A DNA stretch of 27,160 bases. Source: Candidatus Bipolaricaulia bacterium (GTDB lineage Bacteria > Bipolaricaulota > Bipolaricaulia > RBG-16-55-9). The translations under genes were made by a program, and so were the position numbers. Below are positions 16,416-24,585 of this stretch, in pieces; position 1 is the stretch's first letter, and the number at the start of each line of letters is the position of its first letter. The stretch covers positions 37,746-64,905 of the forward strand of contig JBDGQO010000010.1 in NCBI GenBank assembly GCA_042219045.1. The letters run 5' to 3'. The notes under the pieces are model-generated. The model was not told the DNA's origin and searched no databases. It saw only the letters and a program-made list of their open reading frames with translations.

Positions 16416-18791
16416 ATGAGGCCCATCGTCAACGATCGAACACGCCGAGACTTGGAGTTTTCCCACGCGCTAGCCGACGTCCGCAGCTGGGCGGCATCCT
16501 CGTTGGGTCGCGACGCCGTGGAGGGGCTCGAGCCCCAATCCGAGTTGGCGGCCATCCAATGGGAGCTCGATCGGACCCGCGAGATGATCGCCGCGGTGGG
16601 CACCGAGGGGCTGACCATCGAGGGGCTGGACGACCTCGCGTCGGTGCTCAAACGGGCGAGCGAGACGACATCGCTCGATGCGGACGATTTCCTCAAAATC
16701 GTCCGGACGCTGGAGAGCGCCCGGCGACTGCGCGACGCGGTCGAGGCGTTGGAGGATGAGTACGAGCATCTGCCCGCGTTGGCGGATCGTATCGGCGTGT
16801 TCCGCGAGCTGGAGGGCGCCATCCGACGGACCTTCGACGAGGACGGACAGATGCTGGAGACGGCCTCGCCCCAGTTGAAAAAGCTCTCGCGCCGCAAGCG
16901 GACCCTGGAGGAGCGCGTGGAGGACAAGCTCAAGTCCTTCCTGAATGCCCGACAGAACAGCGGCGCCATTCGAGAGGCGATCATTACGCGCCGCTCCAAT
17001 CGGCTCGTCGTGCCGATCAAGAGCCACGCCAAGCGGGAACTCGACTGCGTCGTCCACGACAGCTCGGATTCGGGCCAGACGCTCTACGTGGAGCCGCGCG
17101 CGGTCGTGGAGACGAACAACGAGATCCGCGAGCTGGAAAGCGACATCCGCGACGAGAAGCTTCGCATTCTGCGCCAATTGACCGCCAAGGTCCAGGACGA
17201 GAGCCGCAAGATCGAGGAGACGCTCCACGCGTTGGCCAAGCTCGATGGGCTCTATGCCCGCGCTCGCTATGCGCTCCATTGTGGAGCAACGATCCCGAAG
17301 CTGAACACCAACGGGCGCATCCGCTTGATTGAAGCTCGACACCCGTTGCTCGACGCCGAGACCGTTGTGCCCATCAGCGTGGACTTCGGCGACCGCCAGC
17401 GCGGGATGTTGATCACGGGCCCGAACACCGGCGGCAAGACCGTCACGCTCAAGACCGTCGGGCTGCTGACGCTCATGGCCCAAGCCGGCTTGCCGATTCC
17501 GGCCGAGGACGAGAGCGAGATCAACGTCTTCCCCCACGTGCGCAGCGACGTCGGCGACGAGCAGTCCATCCAGCAGAACCTAAGCACGTTCTCCTCGCAC
17601 ATGAAAAACATCATCGGCTTCATCGACGAGATCGACGAGCAATCGCTCGTGCTGATCGACGAACTGGGCGCGGGCACCGACCCGCGGGAGGGGGCCGCGC
17701 TCGGGCTGGGCATTCTGCAACGGCTCTTGGACACCGAGTGCCGCATGGTTGTCACGACCCACTTCGGCGCGTTGAAGCATTTTGCCTACAAGACGGAGCA
17801 ACTGAAAACCTGCTCGGTGGAGTTCGACGTGACGACGCTGCAGCCGACGTATCGGCTCATGGAGGGCGTCGGCTCCAGCAACGCGTTCGTCATCGCCGAG
17901 CGACTCGGGATGCCGTCCGACGTCATTGACGGGGCCAAGGCCTCCATGGCGGAGGGTGCCGTCAAGGCGGAAGAGCTCATCCGCATGCTCGAGCAAGAGC
18001 GTGCGGACCTCTCCGAGGCACGGGCGCAGCTGGATCGCGAGCGCGAGGCGGTCGAATCCGACCGCGCCCGGTATCAGCGTCGGCTGACGGAACTGGAAGC
18101 CGGCAAATCGACGGAGCTGCGCGAGGAGATTCGCGAGCTGGAGAACCAGCTGAAGCAGGCCCGCTCCGAGATCGAGACCGCGCTGCACGAGGCCCGGGAA
18201 GCGGACGAGGCCGATTTGCGCCAGCGCCTCAAGCGGCTCCAGTCCGTGGGCGAGGCCATGGGCGAAGCAGCCGAGGAGGCGTTTGAGACGAGCGACGCCC
18301 CCTTAGCCCTGGCGGATCTGGAAGTCGGCATGGGCGTCTACGTCCGGCCCGTTGCGCAAGAAGGCGTCGTTCGCAATGTCGACAACGAGCAGCGTATCAT
18401 TGTCGAGGTTGATGAGATGCGCATCGAGGTCGAGCTGGACGACCTTGAGCGTGCCGGATCGTCACCGGCCGAACCCCGACCTCCGTCCGTCTCGGGTGAA
18501 CGGCGCCGGTCCCAGGTCTCGGTGGAGGCCAGCTCCACGACGGGTGTCGGGCTGGAATTGAACTTGCGGGGCATGACGGTGGACGAAGCGCTGCGCGAGG
18601 TCGACCAATATCTCGATCGGCTCGTGCTGAGCAACGTGGAGCGAGCGCGCCTTATCCATGGCAAGGGCACGGGGACGTTGCGCCGCGAGGTTCGAGCCCA
18701 GTTGGACAACGACCCGCGCGTCGTGCGCTCCTACGCAGCGCCGCCGAGCGAGGGCGGCGACGGCGCCACGGTCGTCGAGGTGACATCATAG
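16416..18791 (+). CDS. mutS2: MutS2 (ribosome-collision/endonuclease factor with Smr domain)
   Basis: ARHPLL, ITGPNTGGKT, LSTFSSHM, DELGAGTDP, TTH, coiled coil, KOW-like region, and Smr domain LNLRG...IHGKGTG...GGDGAT. Confidence 0.95.
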   Translation: MRPIVNDRTRRDLEFSHALADVRSWAASSLGRDAVEGLEPQSELAAIQWELDRTREMIAAVGTEGLTIEGLDDLASVLKRASETTSLDADDFLKIVRTLESARRLRDAVEALEDEYEHLPALADRIGVFRELEGAIRRTFDEDGQMLETASPQLKKLSRRKRTLEERVEDKLKSFLNARQNSGAIREAIITRRSNRLVVPIKSHAKRELDCVVHDSSDSGQTLYVEPRAVVETNNEIRELESDIRDEKLRILRQLTAKVQDESRKIEETLHALAKLDGLYARARYALHCGATIPKLNTNGRIRLIEARHPLLDAETVVPISVDFGDRQRGMLITGPNTGGKTVTLKTVGLLTLMAQAGLPIPAEDESEINVFPHVRSDVGDEQSIQQNLSTFSSHMKNIIGFIDEIDEQSLVLIDELGAGTDPREGAALGLGILQRLLDTECRMVVTTHFGALKHFAYKTEQLKTCSVEFDVTTLQPTYRLMEGVGSSNAFVIAERLGMPSDVIDGAKASMAEGAVKAEELIRMLEQERADLSEARAQLDREREAVESDRARYQRRLTELEAGKSTELREEIRELENQLKQARSEIETALHEAREADEADLRQRLKRLQSVGEAMGEAAEEAFETSDAPLALADLEVGMGVYVRPVAQEGVVRNVDNEQRIIVEVDEMRIEVELDDLERAGSSPAEPRPPSVSGERRRSQVSVEASSTTGVGLELNLRGMTVDEALREVDQYLDRLVLSNVERARLIHGKGTGTLRREVRAQLDNDPRVVRSYAAPPSEGGDGATVVEVTS

Positions 18792-18835
18792 GACAGGCCA
18801 TCACCGAGCCTCGGGGGAGGAAGGAGACGACACCC

Positions 18836-20200
18836 ATGTCAAGGAACGCTATCCGTGCCCTGGCATTCGCTTGCTTGGTTCTGCTTTTTGTCGGGTCCGT
18901 TGCAGGCGCGGCCGAACGATCGGTCATCGTCGGACTGCGGTCGCCCGATGCCACGGCTTCGGAACCGAACTCGTCGATGCGTGCACTGGCGCAGTCATTG
19001 GAGGCCCATGGTGCGGACGCGACAGATCTCCCGCTCATTAACGCGGTCAAGGCCCGACTGGACGAGACACAGATCGCCAAGCTCCGAGCCCGGTCGGACG
19101 TCCGCTATGTCGTTCCGGACGGCACCGTAGCGACGCCGGAGCGCCTGGCCGGCGACGCGTTTCCCGACGCCCGGGACGCCAACATCCGGGGCCAAGCGAC
19201 GCCGGCCGAGTTCTACAACTGGGGCTCCCAGCGAGTGCGCGTTCCCGATGTCCACAACGCCGAGTCGGCGCGAGCAAGCGGGCCGATCGGACTCGCGCTG
19301 GCGCTGGCCCTCGGCATGATGGGGGCGTTGATGGGTCGCGGCCGGCGCCGCCCGGTCATGCTGCTCGGGCTGGGGCTCATGGTGCTGCCTGTGCTCACCG
19401 GGTGCACGCAGGCGCTCGTCATGCCGCACAACAGCGCCATGGGCGACGGCGTGCAGGTTGCGATCCTTGACACGGGCGTTGATCTCTCGCACCCCGACTT
19501 GAACGATCGCATTCGGGGCGGAGTCGACCTCGTCAACCGTGACGACGATCCGGCGGACGACAACGGGCACGGGTCCGGAGTGGCCGGGATTTTGGCGGCC
19601 TCCGAGGACGGCCGAGGCCTGATCGGTGCGGCGCCGGAGGTGGGGCTCTGGGTCGTCAAGATGCTACGCTACGACGAGCAGGGCTCGATCAGCAATCTGG
19701 TGCGTGGCATCGAGTGGGCGGCCGAACACGGCGCCGACATCATCAACATGAGCCTCGGGACCGACGAGGATAACCCCGCGCTGCGCGACGCCGTGGAGGC
19801 GGCACATGACCAGGGCATCCTAATGGTCTCCGCGGTCGGCAACTCGGGCGAGCGCGTGCTCTATCCGGCGGCCTATTCGGAGGTGGTCGCCGTGGCCTCC
19901 ACGAACCGCCAGGATCGTCGGGCTTGGTTCAGCAACCGTGGCTCCGAGGTGGAGCTGGCGGCGCCCGGGACCGACCTCGTCACGACCGGCCAGGACGGGG
20001 GCTATCAGGTTCAGAACGGCACGTCGTTCTCCGTTCCGTTTGTGACGGGCACGGCGGCGTTGCTCATGTCATCGGGCGTGCGCGATCTTCCCGACGTGCG
20101 CCGTCGATTGCGGCAGAGTGCCGAAGATCTCGGGTTGGCGCTATCCGCCCAGGGCCATGGGTTGGTGGACGCCGCGCGCGCCGTGCTACAGTCGGACTGA
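18836..20200 (+). CDS. S8 subtilisin-like serine protease with signal peptide, I9-like propeptide and an internal membrane/lipobox insert
   Basis: Catalytic motifs ILDTG, DNGHGSGVAG, AVGNSG and NGTSFSVP; N-terminal Sec signal (AGA-AE); AAGGAG RBS. Confidence 0.9.
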   Translation: MSRNAIRALAFACLVLLFVGSVAGAAERSVIVGLRSPDATASEPNSSMRALAQSLEAHGADATDLPLINAVKARLDETQIAKLRARSDVRYVVPDGTVATPERLAGDAFPDARDANIRGQATPAEFYNWGSQRVRVPDVHNAESARASGPIGLALALALGMMGALMGRGRRRPVMLLGLGLMVLPVLTGCTQALVMPHNSAMGDGVQVAILDTGVDLSHPDLNDRIRGGVDLVNRDDDPADDNGHGSGVAGILAASEDGRGLIGAAPEVGLWVVKMLRYDEQGSISNLVRGIEWAAEHGADIINMSLGTDEDNPALRDAVEAAHDQGILMVSAVGNSGERVLYPAAYSEVVAVASTNRQDRRAWFSNRGSEVELAAPGTDLVTTGQDGGYQVQNGTSFSVPFVTGTAALLMSSGVRDLPDVRRRLRQSAEDLGLALSAQGHGLVDAARAVLQSD

Positions 20201-20241
20201 CCGCCTGGCCGGACATGAATCGACGATAGAGGGGGCTCGCG

Positions 20242-21192
20242 ATGGCATCTGAGGATCCCGTTCATCATAACGACGACGATGCCCAAGACGACGAAGTCGA
20301 GTCGCAGCAGATGAGCCTGACCGATCATCTGGATGAGCTGCGCGCTCGGCTCATCTACGCGATCGTGGCCGTGGGCGCCATCGCGGTGCTGGCCTATATT
20401 TTCAAGGAACCGCTGCTGCAACTCCTCCTCGGGCCGTTCCAGAGCGCGATGGACACGACAAGCCCCATCGAGCCGAACGCGCTCGATCGGATATTGGCGA
20501 TGTTCAAGGAGATGTTGGTCGACTACGGCGTCGAGCAGGGTCGGGACAAGCAGACGCTGTCGCGCAACGCCGCCTTGATGATCGATCAACTGCGCGAACG
20601 GCTCCTGCCGACGGGGCTGGTCTTTCTCCATCCGGCCGAGGCGTTCTTCAGCTATCTCAAGCTGGCGGCGCTGACGGGCTTGATCGTCGGCATGCCGGCG
20701 GTCATCTACCAGCTCTGGAAGTTCGTCATGCCCGCGCTCTATCGCAACGAGCGCTCGTATCTGGTCAGCTTTCTCGCCTCCGGCAGCACGCTCTTCTACA
20801 TCGGCGTCGCCTTCAGCTTCGTCGTCATATTGCCGCTCGGCATGGAGTTTCTGGTCGGCATCGGTCGGCCGTTGATCAGCCCGATGTTCAGCGTCGGCAA
20901 CTACGTGTCCTTCTCCATGCTGTTCATGCTCGTGTTCGGGCTGGCGTTCGAGCTGCCGCTGGCGATGTTTTTTCTGGTCAAAATGGGGCTGGTCGAGCAC
21001 GGGACGTTCGTGAGACAGTGGCGGATTGTCGTCGTCGTGGGCTTCGGCGTCGGGGCGTTCTTCACGCCGCCCGATCTGTTTACGCAGTTAGCCATGGCCC
21101 TGTCCATCGTTGTATTATATATCGTCGGCTTGGGATTGACGTACTTCGCGAGCCGCGCACGCGAGCAGGCCGAATCCGACGAGAACGACTAG
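20242..21192 (+). CDS. tatC: twin-arginine translocase subunit TatC
   Basis: MSLTDHLDELRARL, HPAEAF, YQLWKFVMPALYRNE, FGLAFELP and FTPPD. Confidence 0.95.
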   Translation: MASEDPVHHNDDDAQDDEVESQQMSLTDHLDELRARLIYAIVAVGAIAVLAYIFKEPLLQLLLGPFQSAMDTTSPIEPNALDRILAMFKEMLVDYGVEQGRDKQTLSRNAALMIDQLRERLLPTGLVFLHPAEAFFSYLKLAALTGLIVGMPAVIYQLWKFVMPALYRNERSYLVSFLASGSTLFYIGVAFSFVVILPLGMEFLVGIGRPLISPMFSVGNYVSFSMLFMLVFGLAFELPLAMFFLVKMGLVEHGTFVRQWRIVVVVGFGVGAFFTPPDLFTQLAMALSIVVLYIVGLGLTYFASRAREQAESDEND

Positions 21193-21213
21193 ATCATCTC
21201 GACACGGAGGCCG

Positions 21214-21774
21214 ATGACCATGGGGTTGAATGACTTGAAAAAGGGCATGACCGTCGAGTACGAGGGCGAGCTCTACACGGTGGTCGAGGCCACCCATATG
21301 GTCAAGGGCCGCGGCCGATCGTTGGTGCAGACGAAGCTGAAGCACCTGGTGACCGGCAAGGTGGCCTCCGAGACTTTCGGCGAGGCCGACGACATCGAGA
21401 AGGCCTTTCTCGATGAGCGAGACATGACCTACATGTACTCCGACGGCGAACGTTTCTACTTCCTCGACCAGGAGACGTACGAGCAACACTCGCTCAACTC
21501 AGACCAGATCGGCGACGCGCAGAACTACCTCGTGGAGAACATGGACGTCAAGGGCATGTTCCACGAGGGATCGTTCCTCAAGATCTCGCTGCCGGTGACG
21601 GTGCCGCTGCGCGTCGTGGACACGGAGCCCGGTGTGCGCGGCGATACCGCAGCGGGCGGCATGAAGTCGGCGACGTTGGAGACCGGCTTGACGGTCAAGG
21701 TCCCGTTGTTCATCGATAAGGACGAACGGATCAAGGTCGACACTCGCGACGGGAGCTACATCGAGCGTGCCTGA
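21214..21774 (+). CDS. efp: translation elongation factor P
   Basis: DLKKGM, YMYSDG, EPGVRGDTA, LETG...VPLFI...KVDTRDGSYIER. Start is 21214 or 21220. Confidence 0.96.
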   Translation: MTMGLNDLKKGMTVEYEGELYTVVEATHMVKGRGRSLVQTKLKHLVTGKVASETFGEADDIEKAFLDERDMTYMYSDGERFYFLDQETYEQHSLNSDQIGDAQNYLVENMDVKGMFHEGSFLKISLPVTVPLRVVDTEPGVRGDTAAGGMKSATLETGLTVKVPLFIDKDERIKVDTRDGSYIERA

Positions 21775-21796
21775 CGTGACGAAGGAGACGGATGGC

Positions 21797-22297
21797 GTGA
21801 TGGATGAACAGTATCGGCGACCGCAGCGCAAGGTCAGCATCACCGAGCAGGTCATCGCCTCGATCGCCGGCATGGCCGCCGCCGGCGTCGACGGCATCAG
21901 CAGTCTGCGCGGCAACGTGGCCGACAACCTGAAGGTCTTTCTCGGGGATGAGCGGGGACGGCGCGGCGTCTTTGCCGATGTGGAGGACGACGTCGTCACC
22001 GTGACGCTTTACGTGTCGGTGCAGTACGGCTATCCCATCCAAGAGGTCGCCCGCACGCTCCAGTTGCACGTCAAACACGAAATTCAAGAGATGACGGGCT
22101 ACCGCGTCGACGGCGTCCACATCTACGTCAGTGACCTGACGCTCCCTGAGGGCACCTGGCCCCAAGGAGCTGAGGAACAACTCGACGAGGCCGGCACTGC
22201 CGAGCCGCCTCCCGAATCCGACAGGGACGCTGGCGAAGTTGACAGCGACTCGGATGCGTCTGACGGCTCGCTCCAGGGAACTCACGAACGCTCATGA
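21797..22297 (+). CDS. Asp23/Gls24 envelope stress protein
   Basis: VSITEQVIASIAG...VDG...GV...VQYGYPIQEVA...EMTGYRVDGVHIYV; AAGGAG RBS. Start is GTG 21797 or ATG 21800. Confidence 0.9.
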   Translation: MMDEQYRRPQRKVSITEQVIASIAGMAAAGVDGISSLRGNVADNLKVFLGDERGRRGVFADVEDDVVTVTLYVSVQYGYPIQEVARTLQLHVKHEIQEMTGYRVDGVHIYVSDLTLPEGTWPQGAEEQLDEAGTAEPPPESDRDAGEVDSDSDASDGSLQGTHERS

Positions 22298-22875
22298 CCG
22301 GCATCGGGATATGGCTACGCGAGATCGGATACGGCGTCGCCTTTCTCGGATCGGCCATTCTGGGCGTGTTGCTTGCGTTGAACGTCGCCGGCCAGATGGA
22401 GATCGATCCACTCTCGCCGATCGTTCGGGGCCTGTTGGGCATTGTCGCCTTGAGCACGGCCGTCTATTTTCTCGTGCAGGTGGCCGAGACCGCGCGCTCA
22501 CGGACGCCCATCGAGACGACCGGGTCGGGCGGCTCGATCTCCATCTCTCCGGAGGCCGTCAGGAGCTTGGTGCACGAGATCCTTCGGGACACCTTCGCCA
22601 TCGACGACGCCCGAGTTCGGATCCGCTCCGCGGGCGAGGGCCTGCGCGTCGCCGTGCGGTTCTCCCTTCCGCCGGACCGAAAGATTCCCGAAATCAGCGA
22701 GCGGATTCAGACCGACGTGCGCGGCCGTATCGAGGATCGCATCGGCGTGACCGTGGATCGGGTCGACGTGACGGCCCAGGCGTTCAAGGCAGAATCGCCG
22801 CAGGCGCTTCCGGAACGCTCGGAACCGACCGATCAACACACGGACCTTCCCGAGGAGCGTGATCGCGTTGACTAA
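22294..22875 (+). CDS. amaP: alkaline shock response membrane anchor AmaP-like protein
   Basis: Two N-terminal TM helices followed by GSISISPEAV...IPEISERIQ...IGVTVDRVDV (Asp23-like domain); translationally coupled (ATGA) to asp23. Confidence 0.75.
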   Translation: MTGIGIWLREIGYGVAFLGSAILGVLLALNVAGQMEIDPLSPIVRGLLGIVALSTAVYFLVQVAETARSRTPIETTGSGGSISISPEAVRSLVHEILRDTFAIDDARVRIRSAGEGLRVAVRFSLPPDRKIPEISERIQTDVRGRIEDRIGVTVDRVDVTAQAFKAESPQALPERSEPTDQHTDLPEERDRVD

Positions 22876-23068
22876 CCTGTCCCGAGCTTGGACCGGCGCG
22901 CTGTTGGGCGGCCTCGTTGGGCTGCTTTGGGTCTGGCTGTCGTTCTCCGGCATGTTGCTCGTTCTGGCGCTGGCGGTGATCGGGGCCGTGCTCGGCCAGC
23001 TGCTGGAGTCCGACGAGCTGCGGGCCAAGCTGCGCGAGCTGAGCGACGTCGTCTTTCGGCGGAGCTAG
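22868..23068 (+). CDS. DUF2273-like small membrane protein
   Basis: GALLGGLVGLLWVWLSF..MLLVLALAVIGAVLG..E; canonical position between amaP and nusB. TTG 22868 follows GAGGAG; GTG 22859 is the alternative start. Confidence 0.7.
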   Translation: MTNLSRAWTGALLGGLVGLLWVWLSFSGMLLVLALAVIGAVLGQLLESDELRAKLRELSDVVFRRS

Positions 23069-23082
23069 CTGATGGGCTCCCC

Positions 23083-23553
23083 ATGAAGCGACGTCGAGCG
23101 CGCCAGCAGATCCTGAAGTTGCTCTATCAGCACGATCTCCAAGGAGGACGCACCGACCTCTGGGGCCTCTACCAGCAATGGCTCGCGGAGTGGCGCGCAC
23201 GGCACCCTGAGCTCGAGATCAGCCCGGATCGTCTCGAATACGTGGAAGAGGTGTTGACCGGGATCGACCGCGAGCGAGCCGAGCTGGACCGCGAGATCGC
23301 CGAGCGCGCGTCCGGTTGGCGCCTGGAACGCCTCCACGCAGTCGATCGCAACGTGCTCCGCCTGGGCGTCTACGAGATGCTCCATCGCGAGGACATCCCT
23401 CCACAGGTGATCATCGACGAGGCAGTCGAGCTCGCCAAGGCATACGGAACCGAGCGGTCCGGATCGTTCGTCAACGGGATCCTGGATCGGCTCTGGAAGG
23501 AACGGCGACCCCACGCCGAAACGTCCACCGGCCCATCGTCCGACCCCGCTTGA
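23083..23553 (+). CDS. nusB: transcription antitermination factor NusB
   Basis: MKRRRARQQILKLLYQ, WRLERL..VDRNVLRLG.YE, VIIDEAVELAK.YG and FVNGILD. Confidence 0.96.
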   Translation: MKRRRARQQILKLLYQHDLQGGRTDLWGLYQQWLAEWRARHPELEISPDRLEYVEEVLTGIDRERAELDREIAERASGWRLERLHAVDRNVLRLGVYEMLHREDIPPQVIIDEAVELAKAYGTERSGSFVNGILDRLWKERRPHAETSTGPSSDPA

Positions 23554-23591
23554 CGGCATTGCTGAGCCGCTAGCCGAACGACAATCACGGC

Positions 23592-24437
23592 ATGGACACG
23601 CTTACATTGGCCGCTTGTGCGAAGTTGAACATCGGCTTGCGCGTCGCGGGCTTGCGCGCCGACGGCTATCACGAGCTCGACTCCGTCTTCCAGACGATCG
23701 ATCTGACCGATCAGCTGACGCTCACGCTGCGTGAGGCGCCGGGCACTCAGGTGAGGATGGTTCCGGATCGCGGGATCGATCCGAACGCAAACCTCGTGCA
23801 CCGCGCGATTGCGTTGCTCGACGAAAGTGTTGATCGGGATGCCGGGTTATCCGTCCAGGTGGACAAGCGCATTCCCATTGGCGCGGGACTGGGCGGCGGC
23901 AGCAGCGACGCGGCGGCCACGCTTGTCGCGCTCAGCCACCTATGGGGGCTGGGCTTGAGTCGAGCTGAGCTCCAACCTTACGCGCGTCGGCTCGGCAGCG
24001 ACGTGCCGTTTTTCCTCTATGGCGGACGGTGCCGCGTGAGCGGCCGCGGCGACCGTATCGAGCCGTTGGGTGACGGGAATCACGCAATCAACGAGGCATA
24101 CGTGCTGGTGGTGCCGCCTTGGCCATTGGCGACGTCCGAGGTCTACCGAACGTTTGATCAGTTGCGGTCTTCATCGCTGATCAATTCGCCATACGCCAAC
24201 GATCTGGAGGCGGCTGCCCTCCAGCTGGAGCCTCGACTGGGATCCTATCGGGATTGGCTCCTGGCGAAGGACGTGGCCTTCGGCATGAGCGGCAGCGGCC
24301 CTGTGTACTTTGCCCTTGCCTCGAGCGTGGCGGAAGCGACGGATATGGCAGCGGCCGCCGACCGTGAACTGAGCGGCGACGCGCTCGTCTGTCAGCCCAC
24401 GACGTCGGGCCAGCAATGGCCGCTTAGAGATCCATAA
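23592..24437 (+). CDS. ispE: 4-(cytidine 5'-diphospho)-2-C-methyl-D-erythritol kinase
   Basis: AKLNIGL, DGYHELDSVFQ, KRIPIGAGLGGGSSDAA, LGSDVPFF, NDLE and MSGSG. Confidence 0.95.
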   Translation: MDTLTLAACAKLNIGLRVAGLRADGYHELDSVFQTIDLTDQLTLTLREAPGTQVRMVPDRGIDPNANLVHRAIALLDESVDRDAGLSVQVDKRIPIGAGLGGGSSDAAATLVALSHLWGLGLSRAELQPYARRLGSDVPFFLYGGRCRVSGRGDRIEPLGDGNHAINEAYVLVVPPWPLATSEVYRTFDQLRSSSLINSPYANDLEAAALQLEPRLGSYRDWLLAKDVAFGMSGSGPVYFALASSVAEATDMAAAADRELSGDALVCQPTTSGQQWPLRDP

Positions 24438-24514
24438 TTTGTCCACTGTGGGATTATTGCTCACCACCAAAGATCAGTGATAAGTTCAATATTTGGACGA
24501 TCAGGTTTTATAAA

Positions 24515-24552
24515 TGTTAAAGCTTGACAATCGCTCAGCTACGTGGTACCAA
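24515..24552 (+). promoter_or_regulatory. glnA promoter with an overlapping dyad (candidate nitrogen-regulator operator)
   Basis: AT-rich intergenic region; TTGACA (24524-24529)-17-TACCAA preceded by TG; TGTTA-N5-TGACA dyad overlapping the -35. Confidence 0.5.
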
Positions 24553-24585
24553 CGTGTATCTCTATCCATCTTGGGAGGCGATGAT

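Noticed and set aside
1539..18791. A larger fluoride regulon (USP, HAD, GreA and MutS-family genes are associated with crcB RNAs in other genomes)
   Set aside because: Only one aptamer was found, driving crcB-DUF190. The other genes are distant and have their own promoters.
19259..19435. Protease insert ending in His-Asn followed by Ser, like an intein C-terminal splice junction
   Set aside because: 58 aa is far too short for a HINT fold, the insert is hydrophobic and helical, and it has no intein block A or B motifs.
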